A DNA stretch of 64,000 nucleotides. Source: Camelus ferus. Its lineage: Eukaryota. The stretch covers positions 72,852,001 through 72,916,000 of the forward strand of contig NC_045696.1 of the NCBI RefSeq assembly GCF_009834535.1, in the 5' to 3' direction. This document shows, piece by piece, positions 24,388 through 37,089 of the stretch. How positions within the stretch are numbered: position 1 is the stretch's first letter; each line of letters starts with the position of its first letter. The translations under genes and the position numbers were made by a program. The notes under the pieces were generated by a model. It had not been told where the DNA came from, made no database searches, and saw nothing but the letters and a program-made list of their open reading frames with translations.

Positions 24388-25152
24388 ACGTCCTCCATTC
24401 TCTTCCCCTCTGAAACCCACAAGATTAGAACTTTTGCCCTTAAACCTACCTCTGTAAAGGTAATGCAATGTGTCTTAAACTCAAGGAGACAAGAAGCCAT
24501 AAGGCCCCACATGAGGATAGGAGGTCTCATCATTTAACCAAGAACTGCCAGAAACCCAGAGGAACGTGAGGCCCCCCAGAATTAGCCCTCTCCGCCAACC
24601 TCTTCCATTGACTTTCTTGAATTAGTTAGCTAGAGGGAGAGGATGGCTAGGATCTGGGCAGAAAGCCTGAATGTCTTACTGGCAGGTGTGCATCCCCACC
24701 CTCTTGTTCATCCAGAAATATCCACGGGGAAAATCACAAGGCCCCATGGGGCATGGGAACCACGGGGATGTAGATGTTCCAAGGGAGCAGAGCTAGCAGA
24801 TGGAAGACTTTTTATTCCAAGGCCAAGTCCATCTGGATTAAACAAATGACCTCAACAGTGGTTGGGGTACCTGGACAGAGTGTTGATCACCCAGGACAAG
24901 AGGGTTGGCTGACAGCCTCTGGCAAGCATGCTGAGGTCCAGAAATGACAACCATTCCGAGCAGTGAACTAGACAAAAAACCAGGGGCCAGGACAGAAATC
25001 CAGACAAATCACACTAGTATCTCTATCACAGTCTCTTGTCTGCTGTTCTCTCAGCTCTAAGGTTTCCTCTAAATCATGTTGCAAACCATTGACAGAATTG
25101 TGTTATGCCCCTGCTCAAGAACCTGCTATAGCTCCCTGCTCCCTCCTATTAC

Positions 25153-25281
25153 TATGGTAATCATACTTGCTGGTTTGCTTGATAGTCCTGGCTTACACTT
25201 ATCCTTGTGTAATAACTAATGGCATCTCCTGTTATCCTCAAAAGTGTTCCTATTTGGATAATTAATTATGTGATCACTGTA
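25153..25281 (+). mobile_element. MER81-like hAT-Blackjack MITE
   Basis: tatggtaatcata...aaaagtgttcctatttggataattaattatgtgatcactgta resembles the MER81 consensus and TIRs. Confidence 0.6.
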
Positions 25282-25523
25282 CCTTCTGCCTACTTCAAGT
25301 CCCTCTGCCCAACTTGTTGCTTATTTTATGCTCAGTAGTTCTCAAATCATTTCGTGTTCATGGTAGCCCATTTAAGGGATTAAACTGGATCCACCATTAT
25401 GACTTGGTTTCCCCTTCAGCACTGAGAAGAGCTATTTACTGCCCTGATTATGCCAAGCTGTGGTTCTTAAACATTCCAGTATGTTACACATTTAGCAAGT
25501 TACATGTTCCAGTATGCACAAAC

Positions 25524-25524
25524 T

Positions 25525-25571
<47 letters not shown>

Positions 25572-25715
25572 TATTTATTGAAGTATAGTCAGTTTACAAT
25601 GTTGTGTCAATTTCTGGTGTATAGCATAATGTTTCAGTCCTACATGAACATACATATATTCTTTCTCAAATTCTTTTTCACCATAAGTTACTTCAATGGA
25701 TCGAATATAGTTCCC
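25524..25715 (-). mobile_element. Short L1 3' end with (TAAA)n tail
   Basis: (TTTA)n then ttgaagtatagtcagtttacaatgttgtgtcaatttctggtgta. Confidence 0.85.
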
Positions 25716-26020
25716 TTAGGCAGGGTTTGGTTTATTGGGAGAGTGCTCTCAGGTGAGAGCATATGGGGAGGGAGAAGTGAAGAGAGAATGTGAGCTCAGC
25801 TCCAGACGAGCTGCAGTCTGACCCCCCATGGAGATGCTCTGGAGCACAAAGGACATTACCAAGTGAGTCAGCTTGAGCAAGGGGGCTGGCCTTTTATACC
25901 CCATGCATAGTGGTCACCAGCCAAGGTCTGGAGGGGTGTATCCTCCTAGGGAGTAAATGCAGCTGAGAGGTGGGTACGCCAGCTGATAGAGTGTGCTATC
26001 GTGGGCACCAACAGCATCCA
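25716..26020 (-). mobile_element. ERVL LTR fragment (LTR16-like)
   Basis: ggctggccttttataccccatgcat motif (reverse of LTR TATA region). Confidence 0.5.
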
Positions 26021-27521
26021 TCAATTTGTGATATCCACGTGGACCCACATATGTCCCACTATGCTTGGACAACCTCATGAAGACTTTGGAGGCTTATGCA
26101 TTTAATATGTGTGATTGAAGATGAGTCATTTAATTTTTCTAAACCTCAGTTCCTTTAGCTGCAAAATGAGGTTGGCAATATTTAACATTGTAGGTTATTC
26201 TCAGGATTTAGAAATAACACATTCCTAATTGTGATAGTACACGTGATGGAATTGCACATCATTTTTTCAAAGCCAGACTTCTCTAGGTGCATTATGCATT
26301 CATTAGTGTGCTGGTTCTTCCACTAACATGTCTTTGCTCATGCCATCTCTCTTCTCAACACTCCCCCCAAGAAAGTGGTGCCTAGCACGTGTGCACAAAA
26401 CACACATACTCAGCCTTCCCCTCAAACTACACCCACCCCAAAGTAACTTCCACTGTATCCTCTATTTAAATCATCCTGTGTCCAAATCCTTCCCACCTCC
26501 TCTCTTAGCTTCATCTGCTTCCCCAGACTCACACTGTTCTTGCCCTTCTCTGAAATCCCTTTTCATTCTTTCCATAGAGTTTAACATTTCACTGACTTCT
26601 CATTGCTTAGTATTTGCTTGGTCTCTTCCAGCCAGATTTTAAATGTCTACTCTTTCATCCTCACTCTAGAATGTGGGCCTCCCAGGCTAGGCATCTAGTG
26701 GAGTGGAGACTCAATATATACTTTTGATTCAATTAAGAATGATTTCTTGATCAGGAGAACAGTGAAATACCTTGGTTGAGCATTTCAGTTCTCAGGATTC
26801 TCAAAGCCAGCAAAATCCTTCCCTGTTATCCAGAGGAGCTTGGCTGACAACCTGGATCGATAGTGCATGTAAAATGAATGATAATGGCTTCCCTTGTAAT
26901 TTAGCTCACAGATGAATCTTAGGTGAGATTTTTCTATTGGGTTCTAACCGTTTCTGAAAATTGGCGCCCTAGGAGGTGCAAAGTGGAATGCCCAACACAG
27001 CTCTGATTATCAACTGCAGCCCATGCATGCATGACAATAACGGAAGGGCGAGGCTGTGCTCAGCAACCTGAACTCTTTAATTAAATCAAACCTTAAGTAT
27101 TTAACAAGTACGGGTATATCCTAATTTATGAAATAGGTATGTTTCTAGAAAGGTGATGCAGATTGTAATTTGGGGGGAGAGGAGATCAAATTATATTTGA
27201 AATTTCTCAGAACACTCTCTGATTGATGGCATTTGCTACTGGGAATGTTTTCTGTAAATAATTATCCACTTATTTATTTAGTTAGTTTTAACAAAGAGTT
27301 TTTGATCTTTTCAAACCAGGAAATACCTATTTTTTTTCTCTCAGACTTTTAGAGAAATAAATAAAAATGAAAAGTTACTATAATTCAACGCTGCTTTCTT
27401 GACATCTTTTCCCCTAGCACAAAATGGGTTATTTTACTTGTTCATTTTAAAGTACCACCCACTTTTACATCATAATCTTCATTTTACAGGTAAGGAAACA
27501 AAAATTCCAAGGGTTAAACAG

Positions 27522-27894
27522 TGTATCCGCTTGCCAGCAGCACTGCCACAAAGGACCACAGGCTGGGTGGCTTCAACAACAGAAAGTTATTTTCTCACAG
27601 TTCTGGAGGCTGGAAGTCTGAGAGTGAGGGGTTGGCAGGGTTGGTGTCTTCTGAGGCCACTCTCTTTGGCTTGCAGATGGCGTTCTTCCTGGGTCCTCAC
27701 GCGGCCTTCCCTCTGTGTCTGTGTGCTCTAGTCTCTTCCTCTGAGGACATCAGCCATATTGGGTTAGGGCCCAACCTAATGACCTCATTTAGCCTTAAAT
27801 ATCTCTTTAAAGTTCTTATCTCCAAACATAGTCACATTTTGAGGTACTGGGGGTTAGGACTACAATTTAGGGGGACACAATTCGGCCCACAACA
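27522..27894 (-). mobile_element. MLT1A-C-like MaLR solo LTR nested in a MIR
   Basis: ttctcacagttctggaggctggaagtctgag...ggggacacaattcggcccacaaca; MIR halves on both flanks. Confidence 0.85.
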
Positions 27895-28529
27895 CAAAAC
27901 TAATGAGTGAAGAGCTTGGGCTAGAGCCCAGCACCCCAAAGGCCTAAGCCAAGGCTCTCCTCCACTGTACCTTTCCGTCTATGTGCATTCCTAGCTCTTG
28001 TTTGTGGAATTATTTCAAGAGTAAGGTATCAGGTAAATATAAGGTTTCATTTACATTCCTGTGTTCCGTCTACAGTATTTCTGCTATAATGCAACATAAG
28101 CATAGCTGAAGAAAACTTTGCCTTCTGCAAAATTGCACATGAAAAAATAACAGAGCTGTGGGGAATATAGGGCTAGGCAGTGCACTCAAGAGCTGTAGAG
28201 CGCTAATAAAACCATAACAGTCTTTAAAAAAAAAAAACCTTAGCAGTTAAATCTCTACAGGCATTAGTACCTAGCTTCACATGCCTCCCTCATCTGCAGC
28301 CTTAAACCTCAGAGCTTGGGAGTCAGCTTTCTTCAAGATGCACATATCAAATAACATTTGCTTCTAACAGAGACCACTTTCATCAAAATTTAACAATCGG
28401 GTCTGGAGTGCAAGTCTTCATAAAGATGGTATCCTCATACACTCCCTAATTTTGTTTGTGAGCTGCAAAGGTATCCTGATTGGTAAAGTGCACACATGCT
28501 TCTATCTCCAAAAACTAATAAGATGATAA

Positions 28530-28790
28530 TTATCATTCTAACAGCTACCATTTACAGAGCATATACTAGGTGGCGGGCCCTGGGCTAAGTCCCTCAAACA
28601 TCCCTCAATCCTCCTGACAACTCTGAAAAGGAGCTATTTTTATCCTCATTTTTCAGCCAAGGAAACTGAGGCTCACAGAACTTGTGGGACTTCTTTGAAA
28701 ACATACAGACACCCAACAGTGTGACCAGGATTTGTCCCTGGATCTTACGATAGCATTCAAAACCCTCTGCCTGTTCCGTACTTCACAGAT
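28530..28790 (-). mobile_element. MIR SINE
   Basis: cctcatttttcagccaaggaaactgaggctca. Confidence 0.75.
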
Positions 28791-29059
28791 AAACTGGCCT
28801 GTTAAATTTAGGTCCAACCATTCAACCAGCCACCAGTTTTAGTTAACTGTAAGAATCATCACCACCCTCACTAACTGGCTCCCAAAAGTGAACACTAATC
28901 ACAGTGTGCTTTAGGAACATCATAACGGGTGGTGACTTTTTTTTTCTCGTGAGACAAAAGATATTGCTGCTGAGGTAGTCCGTCAACGTTCCAAATAAAC
29001 TCTTGCCATGCCGGCACCCAACCCCTCCTGTATGTGTTGATTTTGTTTTGTTTAACTAA

Positions 29060-30120
29060 ATTCAAAACTTAATAGTAATCTCTGCTAATTTTCATCATGT
29101 CAGTTTAAACCCATTATTCTAGTCATTGATTTTCTACACTTGTCATCTTTTCTGTTAACTCTCCCTCACAATCTGGACCTCTCTGCAAATTTGATGACTA
29201 TTATATATGCCCCCATTTAAGTCATTAATGAAGACATCAAACAGAACTAGATTAAGTAAGGACCCTTCCTTTTTCTGAAGAATCCCTCTCTGTGGTCACA
29301 AAGGCATGCTGTTAATCCGTCCAGCTCTCCTGCCATCCAGATTTTCATGAGAGACTATCATCTTGCTGAGAATAAGACACAGCTTATTGACCCAGTTGGT
29401 TTTTCAAAATCAATATCAATAACATTTAATAGCTCTGGGGTGGTTTGTTTGGTACTTAGAAATCATTAGATTTATAATTTGTTTTCAATTATTGCCCAGG
29501 ATCAGCATTAAAATTTATTAGTCCAACTGTTTCTCCTTTTGTTAACAGCAAGAGCATATGTTCATTTCCTACCTACTGGCCCTGCTCACATAGTTGGCAA
29601 CTTCTCATTAAGTTTTATCAGCAGTGGATTGGTGGTCACATCTGTAGACTCTGTAAGCATCCTGCACGTCATTCAAAAATGGAGGGAGGAATCTATTTGA
29701 AGGCATGGACTTATTCAGATATAAAATTCTTATTCTATCCTAGTTAAATGTACTCTGTGTAGAATGTTTATTTACATTGTAGAGCCTGGAGACCATGCAC
29801 TTCAACAGAGATGAAAGAAATTGAATATATATGTCTTCTTTCCACTCTGTTATTATTATATTTTCTTTCCTAAATTTGTACATCTTCTTCTTCTTGCTCT
29901 GAATGCCCTTTTTTGTGGTCTTTGGTGTTTCATGCAGCCTATTGGATATTAAAATTAACCTTTCTCACACCCTTTAAACAGGCTTGTGCCATTCTTTTGC
30001 ATGAATGTGGCCATTCTTCCAGGGCTCTTTAACATTTGAGCTCATTAAAGAACTCCCTGGGCAATCACATCTCTCTCTTTAGCCATCTCCCCTAATATTT
30101 TGGATGACTCCTTCAAGATT
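29060..30120 (-). mobile_element. L3/CR1 LINE remnant
   Basis: tctgcaaatttgatgac...aagtcattaatgaagacatcaaacagaactag, an antisense CR1 RT motif. Confidence 0.55.
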
Positions 30121-31799
30121 CTGGGGCAAAATCTTGTTTTTGTCTCAAACCACATTGCATATAAAATATCAATTTGCCTCACAGGTTTATGAATGTTTGG
30201 AAACTATTGTAACACATACACTGGAATTTTCATGTTTTCTTAATTTATGGAATAGTTTACATAAAAGCTGAATTTTTGAAGAGCTTATAAGATCTCATCA
30301 GTAACTGAATTTGGATCTTATTTTTTAAATATTTTCATGTTACTAACACATTGCTTTCTTATGAGACACCTATAATTGATCTATTAAATACATTATTCTT
30401 TGTAGTTATTTTTAATTTAGTAAATCTAAGATATTAACTTTACCACATTTACATAAAGAAAGAATAATCCAGTTTAAAATTTTGCGTTGTTTTAACAAAC
30501 ACTATACTGATGAAGTAGTACATTATTAGTTTCAGTCACATTTTCAACTCAAAATGTTTCAAACTCTAAAATTTGGGGGGCTTGGCAAAAGCCAGAATCT
30601 GTTTTGTCAATATATCTAGCCTTAATTTTTAAACCCATGTGAACTCTAAAAAGGATTTTATTCATCTATTTTTCATTAATTTATCCTGAACTCCTCAAAA
30701 TATAACATTAGAAGAACTACTTGATGTCTCCAGAATTTAAATTTTTAAGTCATTTTCTAGGAGTTACAGTAAACAAGAGTCAACTCCCAAATGTCTAAAA
30801 TTTATTTCAAAATGTATAATTCTAAAGATGAAAACTTAAATTGCTTACTTAGAGAGACTGGTGAGGTTAAGAACTGACAGATAAACAATGGGTTTTATGA
30901 CTCTTCAGAAGACTGAAGCAGTATTTGCTAAGAGAAGTTCATGTCTATAAACAAAAGCAACTAACTCATACCATGCTTCTGACTACGTCTCCCCATTAAG
31001 TTGACATGGATGTCGTAATGCAGAAAGATTAGGCTGAAGCATGCTGGGCCTCAGAAATAAAACCCAGCTAACTAAAGTGGTAGAGAAAAGGTACAGTGGG
31101 AACTAAAGCTGACCCTTGGCTTCGTAGATGTCCTGTCCTTGGTCATCTGTGAGTTCTTGCTGCCCAGCATACTGCTTGACCCATATAAGACCTTCATATT
31201 CTTCACAGAAATGTACTAACAGATAAATGAATGGATAGATGAACTCTATAGCCCACTGGACTTGTAACTATGAAAAGACAGAAGTGTTTCTGGACCTAGG
31301 TGAGGCTGAGCTTACAGAAGATGGGCATTGTGGAGGCTGGCAGGAGGTACGAAGTGTCCAAATGAAGGATGACTAGTGGTGTTTAAGAACAAATTTGGAA
31401 GGAAAAAAATTCCCTGATTTGCAACCTTAGTCTATTTCCTTAGTGTAAACACTCCCACTGTGGCCAAAGTGGCACCACTGAATGTGGAGTTGGGAAGAGA
31501 TGCACACGGTCAGCGCTCCCTGAGACGGTGTGAGCAGCTTCAGAGCACCAGTGAGCTAGTCAGGACGTCCTCAGTATCCAGTACTTACATGGGTTACAAC
31601 TCCTTTTCTTTGCATGTGTGTGCATATGATTTTATTCAAATAAAATGTGAGATTAAATGCTTTAATCTCCAACTATGCAGAAATATAATCATTTAAGTTG
31701 ACATAATAGGGGCATATTTATTGACATGGAAATATATTCCATATCATTATTTATTGTGGGGGAGATGTGAAAGCAGTTAATGTGGCCTAGCACTCTATT

Positions 31800-32460
31800 G
31801 AAAATATAAATACATAATCAAATCCACACCCAGAACGGTTCAGAGTAAAATGGTGGGATCTCAAAGAAAAAGATCAAATATCAAAAGCAATCAAGGAAAA
31901 TAGACATCTTCCCTGCAAAGACCTATATAGACTTCTTAGCAGCAGCAAAAGAGACCAGAATAAATCATTGAATAATATCCTCAAAGTGTTAAAAGAAAAT
32001 AGCTGTCAATCTAGACTTCTATGACCAACTAAACTGCCATTTGAAAATGAAAGACAAATAAGGATTAGAGAGATCATAATATGTAGAAATCATCACTGAA
32101 AGAAATTCTAAAGGAATTGGAAAGAACTAATAAAAAAAGAAGTTAATACAGATGGAAGAAGCAAGATGCAAAAAAGTAAACTAAAAGCATGTAAATTGGT
32201 GTTAAAATTTCAAGAGTAACTACTAAAAATCTAGAAATAGATTCTAAAACTTTTAACCCAGTTAAGCATTCAGAAAATGCAATCAATCCAAAAGGCAAGA
32301 AATGAGAAAACAAAGAAACATACAAAGCACAGTATATAGAATATACAAATACCAGAAATAAATTTAAGTAAATTAATAGTTCCAATAAATGTAATTAATC
32401 AGTTATCAAATTGGGGGAAAAATTCAGCTATATGCTACTTACAAGAGGCACATGAAAACA
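31800..32460 (+). mobile_element. Ancient L1 ORF1/inter-ORF fragment
   Basis: agacttcttagcagcagcaa...tcaaagtgttaaaagaaaatagctgtcaatctagacttctatgacca. Confidence 0.65.
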
Positions 32461-34675
32461 AATTGCTGTTGGGAACAATTTTAAAATACATGTAAGGCTT
32501 AATACTGAGGCTGAAGTTGCTACAGTTTTGCATGCCAGACACTGACATTCTAAGTAAACTCATCTCCACTAGACTGTAACCCCTAGGAGGGCAGGCCCTT
32601 TGGCTTCTTCACAGCATGTCCCTCATGCTGAACACAAAGTATGGCAAAATATTTATTGAACTAATAAAGTAATGTATAAATTTTCCTGGTATACTTGTAT
32701 TTTTTATTGAAAGCATCTAGTCTTTAGCATCTAAAAAAAATTGTTTCTTTTTTTAAAATAAGCAGTCCATAAGTGAGGACAAAGATGAAAAGAAGGAAAG
32801 GTGATTGTTGAAGGTACATCAAAATGTCCAAAAGTCCAATCCAATGTGGAGTGAATGTTTACCTAATAAAAGTTATCTGCCTGATGAAGTTTGGTGTCTA
32901 AATGTGCACATGAGAGTTGTTTGGATCACCTGGGACAGTATGTACTTAATCAAGCCCCAACAAGACCAGGAGTAGAATGAGAAAAGAGCCCAGAACACAC
33001 AGGAAATCTGACTCATGGGAAGTCATGCCCATCAATAGCCTCTTTACCTCCTTGGCCAACGTTGCCCCACCACCTTTCAGCCCCTTCGCTAACTCCTGCC
33101 ACTCTCTCCTGCCATTCACTATTACACCCAAAGTGTCACACCTTGCTTGGTTCTGTCTCTTCATTTCCCCTCCACCTCATCTACAACCTTTTCATCCCTA
33201 TATGCAGGCTTGGCTTCCTCCTCCTGTTCTGGGAAACTTAGGCGTGAGCAATTCCAGGAGCTCTCTTCTCAATGTTCTGTCTACAAGCCAACAGCAAGTT
33301 TTGATTGATTTCAAGACCACACAGCAGTCTTCTCATTTTTGTCTCTTTGCCAAAGTTATCAACTACAGGTAAACATACACACGTGGGCATATGTGTGAGT
33401 GTAGATGCCTATACATACAGAACACACATACATGTGTACAAACACACCTCCACTTTGTATACCCAGGTAATGGAAGCTGATAATAAAACATTTCTCTAGT
33501 ATCAAATGTCTAAAAATCTTAAAGGACCATTTTTTTATGGCACAGCATTGTGATCATTATTATTCACATAGGTGACCCTAAGACATTACAAGACATTAAT
33601 GTCCTTTATGATATAGCAAAGATAAATCATTTCCAGACAATTTTAGTGATCAATGGATTTGAATGAATTTGAACCAGGTCAAAATTGGCAACTCCTGCCT
33701 GAAGGATGCTAACCTGGCTAACTCCATCTAGGCACAGGCTTCATGATCAAATGTCATGTTTCCTGAGGACTAACGTTACTCTTCTCAATGACACTTAAAA
33801 AGGATCTTTAACCCATGTCTAAAATGGACTTTGTTTAAAAAATAAATAAAAATAACCCTTGTAAAATTAATTTAAGTTCTCTTGTGTAACTGTGCGTGTA
33901 TTTTCTATGCATCCATCTATGATTGGCTGTCTGTAAAGATTAAGAGCTGCCTAGCACAGACCAAGTGCCATACGAGGGTTCACTATTAGGACACAGAAAG
34001 AGTATCTCAGGCAAGACTCACAGTGCTCTTTGGGTAACACGGCTCTTGCCAACGTCTGAGTTTCCTCCTCCTGTTGCCTGGCCCTTTCTTCTTTCCAGGT
34101 ATTTGATCTGCACTGATCTTGTCTTCTGTGTCCACACTGAAATGTTAACTGGAAAATCAAAAAGCACGCACTATTCTAGGCAGATATTCAAAATTTAATT
34201 AATACAACATTAAGATTTTTTAACCTTATTTATAAAAATTTACTGCATTTCTTTTCCCTGCAATCCATGTAATGTGAATTTCTGCACCCAGAATGAGCTC
34301 GTTTGTCACCTGCCGTAACCCTCCCCAAACTTCTCATGAAGACTTCCTCAGGACACCCTTGCAAGCCCGTAATGAGCCCCTACTGGCAGTGGAAACGTTA
34401 TTTACAGACATTGGCAGGTTCAGAAAGGAAAGAAGAGCTTCTTGGAAAAGTGCTTTTCCTATTTCTCTTATTCCCAAATCATGCAACTCAAAGATATAAT
34501 TTGCTATCAGCAAGAGGGGGAAGGGGAAAATGCCAATTTAATTGTTACATATGTGCTATAAGTTGAACTACTGTTAAGTATTTCTGTTGATCTTTGCATC
34601 TCAAGATAATAATTGGTTCACAATAAATGATTATTTTATAAACAAATGAAAATCAATAAAGTAGATTTCACTCAC

Positions 34676-34788
34676 CAACAGATCTCATCTTGTATCATTC
34701 GAACACAAATGGAAGTTTATTGCATGCACCACAGTTGCTTTATACTGCTTCATGAAGAGAGAAACAAACATCATAAGGTATTCACCAT
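34676..34788 (-). other. Candidate 113-nt non-coding exon
   Basis: Acceptor cccttacttgtttcag|; donor TTG|gtgagt; stops in all three frames; lies in a repeat-poor block. Confidence 0.45.
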
Positions 34789-35427
34789 CTGAAACAAGTA
34801 AGGGCACTGATGTGTCCCTGACAAGATCAGTTATGAAACTGAATGGTTCAGAGACTGACAGTCACACTACGCTTCACTCCAGCATGATTGGAGCCTACTG
34901 TTAAAATTGTTTTACTCGCACCTAAATCAGAGAGACTTTCCCTCTGACAGCAGGTGCTACACTTCCCAGGACAAATCAAGACCTCACCTGGCGACATCTC
35001 ACCATCATTTAGTTAACTACTCCTTCGATAGATACTGCCCAAAATAAGGTATTTCCTTTCTTTTTCTAACTAGACCAGTAGACAAAAACATGACTTTTGA
35101 AATTAGCAAATAAAAATCACAGCGTATTTTCATTAGAGAGAAAATGCCATACAATGTGCAGCAAATGCTTTCTTAAAGCATATTCTAGCCAGAAAAGTTG
35201 AAACGGAGACTTCTGAGGAAGACAACGTAGTAAGTCTGGTTTTGGTCCTGCCTTCCTTTTATTAAAATATGAGTTTATGTCTTCAAAATGTAAAAAGAAA
35301 GCTGAGCAGATTAAGGTATGAAAAGGAGCATGTTCAGCCTCGTATGGCATAAGCAATGACCTCTTAAAAAAGTGATGAAGTCTGGGTTTTTTTACCAAGA
35401 AATCAGAGCTTGGAAATCTTTCAGTCA

Positions 35428-35720
35428 GTCAAAGATTCCAGACCAACAGCCTCAGGCTGAATCTGGTCCAGAGCCACAAGCATACTTGTATATATGAGAT
35501 ATTAATGTTTAGAAATCATGGATTTTGTGTAAGCATCTAGATTTCTAGTTTCTCCCAAAACCTGGGTTCTGGGATCCTCTGACTTGGAGGTTCCCCTGTC
35601 TCGGTGGGAGGTTGGAACCGGAGAAGCCGTGGCAACTCCTGTTATCCTCATTTGCACACTTTTCCTTCAAGCTGCTGTGGAATTAACTAGATTGAGTCCA
35701 ACTTGTCGTTCCTGCCAATC
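35428..35720. mobile_element. MER102-like hAT-Charlie fragment
   Basis: ggctgaatctggtcca and atctagatttctagtttctc motifs. Confidence 0.4.
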
Positions 35721-37089
35721 CTGAGACTCAGACCAGGGACAGGCTAAAATCCAGACACAGAGAATGTAATTCTGCCATTTTGAATGTTTGTTTATCCATT
35801 TCACCATTGGTAAGAGCATACAACAAATCTCTAATGCCAAAAGCTGTTCTTAGCCTAAATGGCCTCATTTTAATCTGTTTTTGTATTTGAACAATATTCA
35901 GATTGAAACAGCATTTGTTTCTTAGTTTGGTCTGCTAGCAAACCTCACAGGTTGTAAGTTCTTTGAGAGGAGGAAACTCTTAAGCCAGGCCTTCATCTTA
36001 CACCATTCACAGCCCCGCAAGTCGATGAATACTTCATAGTAAGAGAGGTGGGCTGAGTCTCTGAAGGCAAGAGTCAAAATGGGAGTAAAACAACGGTTCC
36101 CTTCATTTTTGAATATAAGTAAACGACGTGTCAGGGCATTGTTTAAGAACATAGCAAAGGGAGCTCAAAGCATTGAGGTCAGTCCCTAAATTACTCAAAT
36201 TACATTGCTGTTTCACAAAATAGGTTTCAGAGCCCAAGTTACCCTGGTTACTGCCTCCGTTCATTTCACAGGGCTACATTACATCAACCATCAACTTTGG
36301 ATGGAAATATTTTAAAAATAAGGAATGAAATGTTTCTTCACCATAATTGCTTTTCCTTTTTCTTTAAGAGATAAAAATTACTGATACTTTTCATTTAAAA
36401 GAAAAAGCCAACTTTCAGTCAGCTTAAGTGTTTTAAGAACCAAACCATTTAAATGTAAAGCTGAAATTGCTTTACAGTACTTCATGAAGACAGAAACAAA
36501 AATCATAAGTATTCAGAACCTGAAACAAATTCTTTTTATGAACCAAATGCACGGAATCAAATATTTTTCCAAAGCAATAAAATATAACTTTCCTTGGGGT
36601 GTTTGGGATATTTCCTCCAAACTTCTGATTGATAAGCTTTGCAAGAGAAAGACTGCTTTCTGAGGCGGTAAATCGCCTGCTGACAGAGTCTCCACAAAGC
36701 TTCAGTGTTTGATACCAAGCTGCTGGGTTGCGAGCACAAAGACATCAATTACCCCAAAATAGATTGGGGCAGAGTCCAGTCCGCTTATTAGTTCTTTAAG
36801 CTATGTCCACAGGGGACAGAGAGAAAGAGAGATTTGGCAATCAGCTGGTTAATTTGATCACTGCAGACAACTGCACTGTATAATTTAGGTCGGAAACATA
36901 CCCTGACCTGGTATTCCTAATTTGGAACATTCATCAAATTAATCAAATAATTGCCAATTCTCGATTTCACTATACCCTGGTAAACAGGGTCCCAGTGACA
37001 ATGATCAAGTTTTCACTTACAATTATAAACAAAATGTGACGTGACATTATCTGGGCGTCTGCACTTTTAGATGGTGTTCCATTTTCTAC

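Noticed and set aside
25314..25793. 159-aa ORF
   Set aside because: Runs through (TTTA)n, an antisense L1 end and an LTR.
27399..27910. 110-aa and 129-aa ORFs
   Set aside because: Within MIR/MLT1 LTR sequence.
33335..33374. 13-nt plus-strand microexon
   Set aside because: AAG acceptor and gtaaac donor are weak and there is no supporting context.
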